Of a DNA stretch of 64,000 nucleotides, positions 10,083 to 20,822 are shown in pieces (position 1 is the stretch's first letter; each line of letters starts with the position of its first letter). Under the pieces are notes generated by a model that searched no databases, was not told where the DNA came from, and saw only the letters and a list, made by a program, of their open reading frames with translations. A program made the translations under genes and the position numbers. Origin of the DNA: Planctomycetota bacterium (GTDB lineage: Bacteria; Planctomycetota; UBA8108; SXIK01); contig OZ244999.1 of assembly GCA_965223265.1 (NCBI GenBank), positions 1,248,001 to 1,312,000 of the forward strand, read 5' to 3'.

Positions 10083-11030
10083 TTATCCGACCGCCTCCAG
10101 CGCTCCCTCGAGGTAGCTGCGAAACGCGGCGGGGGTGTGAATCAACCCTTGGATTTCCATCGACGGCAGGCGGTATGGGTTGGACGCGCGGGTGATGTAA
10201 CGTGCGCCGTGCGGCGGACCGCCGTCGGCCTCGTCAGGCCCGTCGACCCCAGCGAGCTCGGCGTAGCGCATCGACACGCCGTCGACTTGATACATGTTTC
10301 CAATGATCCATAGTCGGCCGAAGCGGTAGCGTTCCATGACAGCCTTCTCCGCCGTACTGCTCCAGCTCGTCCCCGTGAAGGCGAAGTCTCGCGGTTTGAC
10401 TCCGAGGCGCCGCTCGATGGTGGCATCGCACTCTGCGAGCTCAGCACGCACTTTCTCTCCGCTCGGATCCTCCTGGCTAAGGCTGGAGAGGTTCGGATGA
10501 TTCACCGTGTGAGCGCCGATATGCCATCCGGCAGCTACCAATTCGCCGACCTCGTCCCAGGTCATGAACTCCCTTTCGGCACGATCTGGGATGGGCCCAT
10601 CGTGCATCGCCTCGATTCCGGCGGTGTTGATGAACAAGTTGCCGTGATAGCCGTAGCGGTTGAGCGCGTCGAACACCTCGTAGCGCATCGACGTGACGGG
10701 GTGATCGAAGTCGAACATGATCGGGCGCGGAGGCAATTCGCTCGTTCCATGCCACCATCCGGCGAGATCGTCGTAGTCGATGGATGCGAAACCCAGCTCA
10801 CTTGCGATGGCGACCAAAAGATCGAGATAATCCGCTGTCAAAGGTTTGTCTCCCTGCGAACGGATGCCGTGGCACATGGTGATGGGTATGCGCATCGATC
10901 CGGCGCGCGCGTGAGGTTCGCGTTGCGCGGTTGTTCCGCAGGCGGCAATCATCCCCGACGCGGCGACTGCGCCCGCTGAACGGACCAGAAAGTCTCTGCG
11001 GCTGACCTCGTCTCTTCTGTTTGCTTCCAC
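10083..11030 (-). CDS. Tat-exported polysaccharide deacetylase (NodB/CE4-like)
   Basis: SRRDFL twin-arginine motif; FDFDH, FMTWDEVGELVAAGWHIGAHTVNHPNL motifs; GTG 11030 chosen as start. Confidence 0.8.
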   Translation of the reverse strand: MEANRRDEVSRRDFLVRSAGAVAASGMIAACGTTAQREPHARAGSMRIPITMCHGIRSQGDKPLTADYLDLLVAIASELGFASIDYDDLAGWWHGTSELPPRPIMFDFDHPVTSMRYEVFDALNRYGYHGNLFINTAGIEAMHDGPIPDRAEREFMTWDEVGELVAAGWHIGAHTVNHPNLSSLSQEDPSGEKVRAELAECDATIERRLGVKPRDFAFTGTSWSSTAEKAVMERYRFGRLWIIGNMYQVDGVSMRYAELAGVDGPDEADGGPPHGARYITRASNPYRLPSMEIQGLIHTPAAFRSYLEGALEAVG

Positions 11031-11136
11031 CGTTTTCTCACCTTCGTTCAAGGGGCCGATGCAGTTGAACACGACTCTGCTCTGAGATTCGCACGTAGAT
11101 TCTATCGATCGAACGATCTACGATCGAGGTGGCAAT

Positions 11137-12591
11137 ATGACACCCGAGGTCGGGAATCAAAGAGACGGTATGTTCAACTCAAGCAAACCCTCCAGGCTGG
11201 AGATGACGCTCCGGTCGATCGTCGCAGCGGCTTTGTTGTCGTCATGGACCGTTCACGCCGCGGAACGGGAAGCGGGCGATGCTGCGGATCGCCCCAACGT
11301 TCTGATGATCGCGGTGGATGACCTCAACGACTTCCCAACCTTCGCCCGGCGCTATCCCGACGCCAAGACTCCAAACATGGACCGCCTCGCAGCCCGCGGC
11401 CTGGCGTTCACTAAGGCGCATTGCCAGTTTCCGCTCTGTGGGCCGTCCCGCGCGAGCATTTTCTCTGGTCTGCTCCCGTCAACTCTGGGTTACGACCATC
11501 ACATGGAAGATGATGATCTACAACAGCGTGCGCGTGAAAAGGGGACGGAGCTGCTTCATACTTATTTCAGCGCACGCGGTTACAAGACGATGGCCGTCGG
11601 CAAGATCTGTCACCGTCACGTGCCGAGTGGGAGCGTTGAAGCGTCGGGTGGGCGCGGCAGCTTTCACGCCAGTACCGGCAAACTGGGGCGGAACTGGTCC
11701 GAGAGGGGAACCAGTACTGACTGGGCCAAGGAGCCGGAAAGGGATGAGTTGTTGCCGGATCACGCCGCCGCACAGTGGGCCGCCGAGCAGCTCCAGGCCG
11801 ACCATGACCAACCGTTCTTTCTCATGGTTGGCTTCCTACGCCCGCACGTCCCGTGGTACGTACCGAAGAAATGGTTTGATCTCTACGACAAGGAGAAGCT
11901 GACGCTGCCGCCGTACAAGGCGGACGACTTAGATGACGTACCCGACATGGCAAAGAGGATCAGCATCCTCCAAAAGATGCCCCGCACCGACTGGGCCATC
12001 GAGAACAACCAGTGGCGAAATATCGTCCACGCCTACCTCGCCTGCATTAGCTTCACCGATCACCAGATCGGCAAGGTGCTTGGTGCGCTTGATGAGAGCC
12101 GCTACAAGGACAACACCGTCATCGTGCTGTGGTCCGATCATGGCTACCACATGGGAGAGAAAAACACGTTTCAGAAGCAATCGCTTTGGGAACGCTCGTC
12201 TCACGTGCCCTTACTGATTGCGGTTCCTGGGCAGAAAGGCGGACGCCGGTGCGACCGAATCGTCAGTCTGCTGGACATGTATCCCACCCTTTTGGAGCTG
12301 TGCGACCTGCCGGCCAACCCGACGAACGAAGGGCGCAGTCTGGTGCCACTACTCGGGGACCCGCAGCAGGAGTGGCCCTATCCAGCGATCGTCGGCTGGA
12401 AAGAGAACAGCTTCGCCGTCCAAGACGAACGCTACCGCTACATTCGCTACGGCGATGGCAGCGAAGAGCTGTACGACCATCACGACGACCCGAACGAATG
12501 GACGAACCTTGCGAGACGACCGGACCTGCGCGGGATCAAACGGAAGATGGCGGCGTTCGTCAAGGGCGCGCGAGTCGGGCTACCACGATGA
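11137..12591 (+). CDS. Sulfatase (iduronate-2-sulfatase/choline-sulfatase-like)
   Basis: PNVLMIAVDDL, CGPSRAS formylglycine motif, GKICH, PHVP, WSDHGYH. True start may be a downstream ATG. Confidence 0.92.
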   Translation: MTPEVGNQRDGMFNSSKPSRLEMTLRSIVAAALLSSWTVHAAEREAGDAADRPNVLMIAVDDLNDFPTFARRYPDAKTPNMDRLAARGLAFTKAHCQFPLCGPSRASIFSGLLPSTLGYDHHMEDDDLQQRAREKGTELLHTYFSARGYKTMAVGKICHRHVPSGSVEASGGRGSFHASTGKLGRNWSERGTSTDWAKEPERDELLPDHAAAQWAAEQLQADHDQPFFLMVGFLRPHVPWYVPKKWFDLYDKEKLTLPPYKADDLDDVPDMAKRISILQKMPRTDWAIENNQWRNIVHAYLACISFTDHQIGKVLGALDESRYKDNTVIVLWSDHGYHMGEKNTFQKQSLWERSSHVPLLIAVPGQKGGRRCDRIVSLLDMYPTLLELCDLPANPTNEGRSLVPLLGDPQQEWPYPAIVGWKENSFAVQDERYRYIRYGDGSEELYDHHDDPNEWTNLARRPDLRGIKRKMAAFVKGARVGLPR

Positions 12592-12806
12592 GGACCAGCG
12601 AGCGTCTGCGCATCGACTGGTTGAGCAACCGGCGGGCCGACTTCGAGGGCGCCGTGTCGTGGCGACCTACTGCTGGAGCCGTCGGTGTCGATCATTGGAA
12701 TTAAGCATATAAGATAGTTTACAACCGATAGGTAGTGAACACAAGCCGACGTGAATGAGGCTCTTGCCCAAGTTCCGATCTTCCGTTCCGCATCGCGCAG
12801 ATCTTG

Positions 12807-13090
12807 CAGGGTGCTCTCAAGCTCATCCTGGAGCCGATTTTCGAGGCTGACTTTCAACCAGGATCGTTTGGATACCGACCAAAGCGGACACTCACCAAGC
12901 GGTGCGCCGGGTTGCCATCGGACTCGCTCACGGCAAGACGCAGATTATCGATTTGGACCTCCGCGCCTACTTTGACAGCGTGAGGCATCACGTTCTGCTG
13001 GAGAAGGTCGCGAAGCGAATCCAGGACGACGAAGTTCTGCGGCTCCTCAGGTTGATTCTGAAAGGAAGCGGCAAGAAGGGCGTTCCACAG
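12807..13090 (+). pseudogene. ltrA: Group II intron reverse transcriptase/maturase fragment (frameshifted, truncated)
   Basis: QGALKLILEPIFEADFQPGSFGYRPKRT / frameshift near 12890 / HQAVRRVA..IIDLDLRAYFDSVRHHVLL..GKKGVPQ; similarity stops before the YADD motif. Confidence 0.85.
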
Positions 13091-13551
13091 AAACAACTCT
13101 TTACCAAATGCGCGAACTGTAAAGAGTCCGAACGTCGGTGAGGAGCCCTCGCCCGCAGAGCCCCTCGGACGTTCTGATTCTACGCGAGAACGCTCGGTCT
13201 GACCGCGAGATTCTCGTTGGTTGATGCGGTCACAGGTGGCGACCCATGAGCGCTTCCCCAGTTCTGGGCCTGAGAGTCGTCCTCGGGCACCCGCGATCGG
13301 CGGGGTCGACGCTCTCCATGCCTCGGTCTAACCTAACGCTAAGTCGTCGTCAGAAAACAGCCGACCTGCTTCGCATCCCCGCTTCATGCCATCCTCACGC
13401 CATCTTCGCGAGTGCCTCAGTCGCGAATTCTTCGAAGTAGAAGGACTACGTCTACGGATTCGCTCCATCGTTGCTACCGAGACCGACGCAAAGCTGAGCG
13501 CGATCAGGCCAGTCATCTACTGACGCCTCCTAGGGAAAGCCTCGGTCGTAC

Positions 13552-14841
13552 TCAGCCATGACCACCAACCGGCGCATGCCGGAGTTTCGCGAGGTCTTTT
13601 GTGCGCACCTTGAGCACCTCCACTGTCTGCTTCGCCCCCGAAAAGGCGATGAGCAGAAAATCCTCGTGCTCGAGGGCGTGGGGATAGTCGATGCGGCGGC
13701 CGCCGACGAGGTAGCCCATGGTGTGGAAGACCATGCCGTCGTCGCTGAGCGCAATCGTCATCGGATCGCGTTTGCTCGGTCGGGGGTTCGAGATCAGGAC
13801 GTAGCGGCCATCGCGCAGGCGCAAACCGAAGAACTTCGACGTGGCGTCCGGAAAGTTCGTGCGCACTGGACGACTCCAAGAGCGACCGTCGTCGATCGAG
13901 AAAGAGCGGTAGATGGACCCACTCTTGCGATTGTCACGAAAGAACGCTGCCAGCTCACCGCCAGGAAGCGTCCACCAAAACGGCTCTTCAGCGGCGAGCT
14001 CGCTGCCGGAGCCGAGAACAGCGAAGGAATTCCATGCGTCGATGGAGCGGGTGCCACCGACCAGGAAGTGGACGCCGACGGATTCGTAGTCGTGCGTGCG
14101 GCGCGACATCAGCCACTCTCCAGTCGCGAGCTTTTGCGGTGGGTAGTTGTTGATGGTGTCGTCGAAGACGACGCCGACGTCCTGCCAGTGACCGCCCGCT
14201 TGAAGGTGGAAGGCGCGAAGTTCGAGACTGGGACCGAAGAAGCCCGCTGCCTCGTCGAGTGAGGCGAGCGCGAGAAGGTCGCGATCGCGCTGCCAGAACC
14301 CTCGCGCAATGTAGCGCAGGCCTTGATCGCTCCGCGTGCCATGGTGAGGATTCTCCGGCCCCGACCTCGGAGGCGGTGGTGTCAGAAACTGGGGCGCGCC
14401 CCAGTTCAAGCCGTCGGAGCTGGTGGCGAATCTCACGCGTTGGCCAACCCGGTCCTCGACGCCCGGACCATCGCTCCACATGATCCAGAACTTGCCTTGG
14501 TGGTGGACAAGATAGTTGTGCTGGTTGACGCCGCCGCTCTGTTTGTCGACTTGCGAGAGCTTCGCTTCACTCGGCGGCCGACTACGGTCGCCGCGCACAT
14601 CGCTCACGAGGGCGTACTGAGATGGAACACGCGGCAGCCCATCGAAGTCGATAGTGTGCGAGTCGTCTGGGACCCAGGGACCACGCAGCATGAGCGCGGA
14701 CTCGGGGTTGTGTGCGGGGTCGGGCCGGCTGAGGTCGAAACCTCCTCCGCCGAGGTGAGGTCGGTCGCAAGACGCGACGACCAGTGTCAAAAGAGTTGCG
14801 GACAACGCGGACACTTTCGCCATAAGGGATCTCGCGATCAA
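13552..14841 (-). CDS. BNR-repeat / sialidase-like lipoprotein
   Basis: Lipobox-like VVASC; Asp-boxes SSDGLNW, SIDDGRSW, LSDDGMVF; YPHA near C-terminus. Confidence 0.75.
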   Translation of the reverse strand: MIARSLMAKVSALSATLLTLVVASCDRPHLGGGGFDLSRPDPAHNPESALMLRGPWVPDDSHTIDFDGLPRVPSQYALVSDVRGDRSRPPSEAKLSQVDKQSGGVNQHNYLVHHQGKFWIMWSDGPGVEDRVGQRVRFATSSDGLNWGAPQFLTPPPPRSGPENPHHGTRSDQGLRYIARGFWQRDRDLLALASLDEAAGFFGPSLELRAFHLQAGGHWQDVGVVFDDTINNYPPQKLATGEWLMSRRTHDYESVGVHFLVGGTRSIDAWNSFAVLGSGSELAAEEPFWWTLPGGELAAFFRDNRKSGSIYRSFSIDDGRSWSRPVRTNFPDATSKFFGLRLRDGRYVLISNPRPSKRDPMTIALSDDGMVFHTMGYLVGGRRIDYPHALEHEDFLLIAFSGAKQTVEVLKVRTKDLAKLRHAPVGGHG

Positions 14842-15215
14842 CGTGAGAAGTCGGAGTGGACGTGGAGCAGCTTTCGCATTGGACAGCCATGACGATCTGA
14901 TCGTTCAGTGCGACAGGACAGGACGAAACGTTACCGGGATCGAGTGCGTGAGTCGACCGTTGTGACCGCTTTTTCGACGGGAGCGCTTCTTCGGTGGCGT
15001 TCGCACAGTGTTGCTTCGGTGTTCTCAACGCTACGCCCAGAGTGGGCGCCTCCATTGCGACTCGAACACTTCTCAGACGGCGTTCGACCGAACTGCGCCA
15101 TTTCGTCGACGCTGAACGCGTTTTCCGATGAGCATACTTCGGCTACAATCAGAATCGAAGGTTTTTGACGTGTTTCGTTGAACGGCGGCTCGATGAAGTT
15201 CGACTTTGTTTGACA

Positions 15216-16106
15216 ATGAACGACCGCCCTGAAGGAGACGACGTGTCCTCGGAACCGCCCGCTCATGCAGATGACTTCAGCGCCAAGCTCGGTTTTCCGG
15301 CGCCCGAACCGTTGGTTCGCTTATTGCGGTTCGTTCAGCTTGAAGCCGCCAACTCCGAGGATGATTGGGAGTCTTGGTTCGAGAGCGTCACCGGTCTCCT
15401 TGCCGTTGGCCAAGAGGATCGATACGGGCGAACACCACCTGAGCTCTTTCCGTTCGGGAACACCGGTTGCGACGGCATCCACCTCGGCTACGTGATTCAC
15501 GACGAGCGCATCGCCGACGATTTCCCTGTCGGGCAAATGTGCCCCATGGACCACGAAGGCGTCACATCGATCGGAAGCGACACCCGCGACGCATTCCTGA
15601 ACATCTTTTCGAACCAATTGATCGAGATCACGGATGATGAACCCAGCGAGCGCGAGATCATTCGTGATCGCATCAGACGAGCTTCCCGCGTGCTAGACAT
15701 CGAGCCCGATCCGTCGAAGGCTTGGCCCATAGATTTTGGATTCGAGCTGTATGATAAGACGAGCTTTCCGAGCGTCGATCAATCGACACCGGAGGGCTGG
15801 GTGTGCCTGCCGACACTCGACAGATTGGGAGTGCTGGCGCCCGAGTGGACCGCGCACCCAGCACACTGCGGTCAGGCGGGTCGCGTTGAAGCGTACCACG
15901 AGCGGGTCGTGCTAGACGAGTGCCTCAAGGACTCGGACAAGTGGCTTGCGGCCGGTTATCCGGCATCGGCCCTGGTGGCTCTGCGCAACGCGTTGATGTT
16001 CGATCCCGATCCTTCGCTCTTCGATCGTCTCGCTAAAGTTTACGAACAGCTCGATCGGCCACGCCACGTCCAGGTCGTCGAATTCATGTCCCGCCGGTTT
16101 GGCTGA
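15216..16106 (+). CDS. Hypothetical protein, HPF1(DUF2228)/SUKH-like
   Basis: RTPPELFPFGNTGCDGIHLGY, CLPTLDRLGVLAP, GYPASAL..LAKVYEQLDRP motifs; acidic. Family call from recalled motifs only. Confidence 0.5.
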   Translation: MNDRPEGDDVSSEPPAHADDFSAKLGFPAPEPLVRLLRFVQLEAANSEDDWESWFESVTGLLAVGQEDRYGRTPPELFPFGNTGCDGIHLGYVIHDERIADDFPVGQMCPMDHEGVTSIGSDTRDAFLNIFSNQLIEITDDEPSEREIIRDRIRRASRVLDIEPDPSKAWPIDFGFELYDKTSFPSVDQSTPEGWVCLPTLDRLGVLAPEWTAHPAHCGQAGRVEAYHERVVLDECLKDSDKWLAAGYPASALVALRNALMFDPDPSLFDRLAKVYEQLDRPRHVQVVEFMSRRFG

Positions 16107-16233
16107 AAGGGCCAGTTCGACGAGGATAGTGGCCGTCAAAGTCGATGAAGAGTCGGGAGCCAAGATTCATGTGATCTATACGCCAGTCGCGCGGGGTGAG
16201 CGCAAGTCGTGTCTTTCAACGGGAGAGCGGATC

Positions 16234-18597
16234 GTGAGGAAACTAGCTGCAGCGATCATTGTGCTGTTGACTGCACCTTCGGTGTGCATGGCGTCGACCA
16301 TCGTGATCGTTCGTGACGGACAGGCGGGCGCTGTGATCGTGACCGCGTCCGAGCCGACACCTTCGGCCGAGCGGGCGTCCCGGGAGCTACAGCACTTTGT
16401 GGAGCGGATGTCGGGAGCACAGCTGCCGATCTACGCCGGCGTCGACGCCATACCGCCCGAGACGCGGGTGGCACCGAGGCTTCTGGTCGGACGCTCCGCC
16501 GCGGTTGAACAGCTCGATGTGGAAGTTCCCGCGCTCGACGACCTGGACCACAGCCGTGAGGGATTCGTTCTCAAGACCGTGGCGAGCTCATTGGTGATCG
16601 CCGGCAACGAGACGGGTCCTTACCGCGGCACGGAGTATGCCGTCTACGAGCTCTTGGAGCGTCTGGGCTGCGGCTGGTTTTTCCCCGGCCCGTTTGGCGA
16701 GGTCGTGCCCGAGAAAAAGACCATCGCGATCCCCGCACTCGACGAGACGCAGCGCCCCTCGTTCATCATGCGCAACATTTGGTCCGACGGCCTGACTGCG
16801 CAGCCCGTGGGTTTCAGTGAATGGCTCACTCGCAACAAGGGTACGGTGCGGCGCTTCTTCGGTTTTCCCAGCGACGGGTCGATCCATAGGCTGGTGCCTC
16901 CCGAGAAGTACGCCAAGGTCTCTCCCGAGATCTACGCCATGGGCGACGACGGCCAGCGCAGGTTGGGGGGCGTTTCGCACAAGGTGATGATCTGTCCGAG
17001 TAGTGCCAAGCTCGTCGAGATCGCGGCGGAAGGCATCTGCCAATACTTCCGTGACAACCCGGAAGCGAACAGCTTCGGATTTAACATCCCCGACAACGAC
17101 CGTGGCTGCCGGTGCGAGGAGTGCCGAGCGCGGAATCACGGTTTCGTGATCGACACGACGCACGTGGAGTCGATCTCGGACCCGTACTATAACTTCGTGA
17201 ACAATCTCGCCCACGCAGTGAACAAGGTCTTCCCTGATCGATACATCGTCATCCTGGCGTACTCACGCGCGCTGCTTCCCCCCGAAGGGCTCGACAGACC
17301 CTGGAACAAAAACATCATCGCGATGCTTGCTCGCCTACGTATGTCCAGCACCAAACCGATGGATGACCCAAGCGACATCCTGTCTCGGCGCCATCTGCGG
17401 ACGCTGAAGGCCTGGGCGCGGATCTGCCCTAAATTGATGGTCTACGACTACGATTCGCTGGCCGATCTCACTTCGATGCCTTTTTGGACCGTGAGCGCGA
17501 TTCGGGAGAACATGCGGATCTACAAGGCGCACAACGTCATCGGATTTGCCACTGAAGGAATGCTGATCTCCCTGCGCACCGGGCTCAACCACTACATCAG
17601 AGCCAGACTGATGTGGGATGCCGAAGCCGACGTGGACGCCTTGCTGGAAGACTTCTACCGCAAGTTCTTCGGTCCCGCCGCCGCCCCGATGCGGGCTTTC
17701 TTCGAGGGCATTCAGGGGATGATGGCCACCTCGAAGGACCATGTCACGTTCAGCCATACCTACTACGACTGGACCCTGATCTATCCGCCGGCGAAAGTTC
17801 AGGCGCTGGGGGTGTACCTCGGCAGTGCGGAGCAGCTCGTCGACAGTGAGACGCTGAAAAAGCGAGTGCGAGCGTTTCGGGCTCTCCACGACTTCATGGT
17901 GACCTATCTGAGCGTTCAGGACCTACGCGCCGGAGGAAGGTACGCGGAGGCGCTGGCGGCGGTCGATGCGTTGGCAGAGCCCGTGCGCGTGGCGGACGAG
18001 ATTCAGCCCGGGTTGCTACCGACTCTTGTTGAGCCATACCGTCAGAGCAAAGGTGTCTCCCGCCTGCGGCAGGACCTCATCGCATTGACTGGCCGCTCTG
18101 GGGGAGAGATGGGGCGACGCCTCGCACTTGCACCTCCCGAAGCACAGTTTCGCATCGATCCCCACGACGAAGGTTACTACGAACAGTGGCAGCGCGAGGA
18201 GGTAGCCGACACCTTGAAGTGGAACACGATCTCGCTGCGCCACGACTGGACGCAGCAGGGATACATGGACGAGCAGGGACGTGGCTACATGGGACTCGCA
18301 TGGTATCGGTACGCTGTCCCGATTCCGGCGCTCGAGGACGGCGAGCGTGCTTACTTGTATGCGCCGACGGGTACGCGCGGGCAACCAGCAATCAACTCGG
18401 AGGAGCTGTGGTGCTGGGTCAACGGCCAACTCGTCTGGTCGCCAACCGACGACTCAGAAGGCGTCGATATCGACATCACGCCGTGGGTAAGACCAGGCGA
18501 GAAGAACCGTTTCATCTGGCGCATGCGAGGCTCCTACAACCGCACGCAGCACAGCGGTATCATGGCCCGTCCTCTGGTCTGGGCCGCCAAGAAGTAG
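16234..18597 (+). CDS. DUF4838 domain exported protein (glycoside-hydrolase-like)
   Basis: GTG start MRKLAAAIIVLL signal; GTEYAVYELLERLGCGWFFPG, CRCEEC, LAYS, ARLMWD..DFYRKFFGPAA; C-terminal sugar-binding GLAWYR. Confidence 0.8.
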   Translation: MRKLAAAIIVLLTAPSVCMASTIVIVRDGQAGAVIVTASEPTPSAERASRELQHFVERMSGAQLPIYAGVDAIPPETRVAPRLLVGRSAAVEQLDVEVPALDDLDHSREGFVLKTVASSLVIAGNETGPYRGTEYAVYELLERLGCGWFFPGPFGEVVPEKKTIAIPALDETQRPSFIMRNIWSDGLTAQPVGFSEWLTRNKGTVRRFFGFPSDGSIHRLVPPEKYAKVSPEIYAMGDDGQRRLGGVSHKVMICPSSAKLVEIAAEGICQYFRDNPEANSFGFNIPDNDRGCRCEECRARNHGFVIDTTHVESISDPYYNFVNNLAHAVNKVFPDRYIVILAYSRALLPPEGLDRPWNKNIIAMLARLRMSSTKPMDDPSDILSRRHLRTLKAWARICPKLMVYDYDSLADLTSMPFWTVSAIRENMRIYKAHNVIGFATEGMLISLRTGLNHYIRARLMWDAEADVDALLEDFYRKFFGPAAAPMRAFFEGIQGMMATSKDHVTFSHTYYDWTLIYPPAKVQALGVYLGSAEQLVDSETLKKRVRAFRALHDFMVTYLSVQDLRAGGRYAEALAAVDALAEPVRVADEIQPGLLPTLVEPYRQSKGVSRLRQDLIALTGRSGGEMGRRLALAPPEAQFRIDPHDEGYYEQWQREEVADTLKWNTISLRHDWTQQGYMDEQGRGYMGLAWYRYAVPIPALEDGERAYLYAPTGTRGQPAINSEELWCWVNGQLVWSPTDDSEGVDIDITPWVRPGEKNRFIWRMRGSYNRTQHSGIMARPLVWAAKK

Positions 18598-18711
18598 GCG
18601 GCGACTGGCGTACGCAGATCCAAACCTACACGAATGTGAATCGCGGCGAGCAAGAAGCGCGACGAGTGATTCAGTCGCGGCGTCTCGCGACGCCGCAGGA
18701 GAGGAAATACC

Positions 18712-19941
18712 ATGCCACGTTGGCTGATCTCTTCGATTCTCTTTGTTCTACTCGCGTTGATCGTCGACGAACTCAAAGCCGACGAGTCGAGCGCGACGCC
18801 GGCGTCGTGGCGCGACGACGCAACCAACCTGAAGATCACGGAGCAAATCAACCGCGCCCTGGAGCGCATTCCCTTCAGTGTGGAGTATGACGGCGTCAGC
18901 GACCACTGCCCGTTGGCCATCGACTGGGAGATCGGGCCCGATCTGCCGATGGCATGGAAAGGAGGAGTCTCCGGGGTGTTCGAGGGCGAGATTGTGCTCG
19001 CTGCGGGAGCCTGGCTGGACAATGAACGACGTGCGTTCGCCTTTGATGTCAACGCCCGCACTTACCGTAAGATCCCTCCGCCGCCTGTCGCTACGAGTTT
19101 CACGCAGGGGGCATTCGATGGCCGCGACCTTTACATCGTCGCCGGTAAGACTGGCGAGCGGCTTGCGGTCACGCTGACGCGTGAGCCAAACGGTGAATGG
19201 CACTGGACGGATCTTCCACCGCCGCCGGAAGCAAATCGCTGGACGGGGGCGGTGAGTGTCGCGGGGGGCTGGCTCTTCCTCTACACTGGCAGCTATCTCG
19301 GTAGAGAAGGTCCGCAGGACCTTCGTGACTGGCGCCTGCGTCTCGATGACCTGGAGGCGGGTTGGAAGCCCATGGCTCCCTACCCTGGCGGTCAACGCGC
19401 GGTCGTGATCTCGGCCGTGGCGCGCGGCCAGATTTACGTCTTTGGCGGTTGGCGCGCCGATCCCGTACTGCGCGAGCTTCGCAGCAAAGTCGGCGAGCTC
19501 GCACCGCATCGGCTGCCGATCGTCCCTGGTGTGATCGCCTTTCGTGACGCGTACCGCTACGATCCAGGCGCGGACCGCTGGACTTCACTGCGCAGCTTGC
19601 CGTTTGCGATGTACGGCGGTGCAGGCATCGTGATCGACGATCGATATATCTTGCTCATGGGCACCTCGTCACTGCGTCAGACCTTACGCGTCGGTCATTC
19701 GCATCCGGCGCACAAGCCATACCTCGACCAGTACTGGAAGGGTTACGACGACGTCATCCTGTGCTATGACCTGCAGTCGAACACGTATTCTCGCGTCGGA
19801 GTGATGCCCTACGGCGTCTCCAACTGGGCTTGGCAGCGCGTTGGCATGAAGCTCTACTGCTTCGGTGGCGAACCGAGCCACGGACTCAACAGTAACCGTG
19901 AGACGGTGCTGCAGATTGGCACAATCCGCAGGCGGGGGTGA
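18712..19941 (+). CDS. Exported Kelch-repeat beta-propeller (NanM-like)
   Basis: Signal peptide; repeats IYVFGGW, YRYDPGADRW..LP, LYCFGGE. Confidence 0.75.
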   Translation: MPRWLISSILFVLLALIVDELKADESSATPASWRDDATNLKITEQINRALERIPFSVEYDGVSDHCPLAIDWEIGPDLPMAWKGGVSGVFEGEIVLAAGAWLDNERRAFAFDVNARTYRKIPPPPVATSFTQGAFDGRDLYIVAGKTGERLAVTLTREPNGEWHWTDLPPPPEANRWTGAVSVAGGWLFLYTGSYLGREGPQDLRDWRLRLDDLEAGWKPMAPYPGGQRAVVISAVARGQIYVFGGWRADPVLRELRSKVGELAPHRLPIVPGVIAFRDAYRYDPGADRWTSLRSLPFAMYGGAGIVIDDRYILLMGTSSLRQTLRVGHSHPAHKPYLDQYWKGYDDVILCYDLQSNTYSRVGVMPYGVSNWAWQRVGMKLYCFGGEPSHGLNSNRETVLQIGTIRRRG

Positions 19942-20072
19942 GTCGAGGTGTCGTTTTGACGCATCGTCGGTGGAGTGACAGGGCCGGACCTCGTCGAATT
20001 TCTTAACTTGTGCCGAGCTGCCGCGGCGAAACATTCCAGGACGTTCGACGCCAATCGAGCCAGGAGTCTCAA

Positions 20073-20822
20073 ATGACGATCCCCATGGATCAGATCGCGA
20101 ACATGCCGGCGTTCAGTCCGTACTATCCAATGCCTCCGGCGCGGTATCGGAGCGTGAGGTTTCAGTTTGTTCACTTTCGTGCTGACGTGTCGGCGGTCGA
20201 TCGTGTGCTGCCAGCGTGCTTTAAGCCGTCGGAAGACGGTCTTTGCGTGGCGATCGGGCTGAGTGTTCCATGGTCTGCCAACTACGGCGCGTTCGAAGAA
20301 AGCGTCTTGAGCGTCAAGTGCCGCTTTCAGGGACAAGAGGGTTTCTTTTCGCCAGTCGTGTTTCTCAACTCGCGTGGCAGCATACCGGCCGGGCGTGAGA
20401 TCTATGGAACGCCTAAGGTCTACGCAGAGATGGAAGTTGGGATGGATGAACGCGTGATGTACACGAACACGCTCCTCGGCGGCGCGACAGTCTTGAGCGT
20501 GCGATCCACGATGGAGCGGCCGGCGACACCTGACGACATGCCAAAGCTAAGCCCGTCCTGGCGGCTGAAGGTGATCCCGCGAGCCGATGGCGAAGGCGTC
20601 GACGTCATGCAACTCGTCGATGGGGCGTGTGCCGTGTCCGACGTCACGATCCATGAGTGTCGCGCAGGTGATGGCGTGGTTGAGTTTCGCCCCTCGCCGG
20701 TCTTCGACTTGTCCGACTTGACGCCGCGGGAGTACCTCGGCGCCTACTATATCGAGATGGACTACACGGAGAGCTACGGGGAGATCGTCCACGACTTTCT
20801 CAAGTCGTCGCGGCCTGATTGA
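20073..20822 (+). CDS. Acetoacetate decarboxylase family protein
   Basis: GREIYGTPK motif with the Schiff-base Lys; LKVIPRADG; SD aggag before ATG 20073. Confidence 0.85.
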   Translation: MTIPMDQIANMPAFSPYYPMPPARYRSVRFQFVHFRADVSAVDRVLPACFKPSEDGLCVAIGLSVPWSANYGAFEESVLSVKCRFQGQEGFFSPVVFLNSRGSIPAGREIYGTPKVYAEMEVGMDERVMYTNTLLGGATVLSVRSTMERPATPDDMPKLSPSWRLKVIPRADGEGVDVMQLVDGACAVSDVTIHECRAGDGVVEFRPSPVFDLSDLTPREYLGAYYIEMDYTESYGEIVHDFLKSSRPD

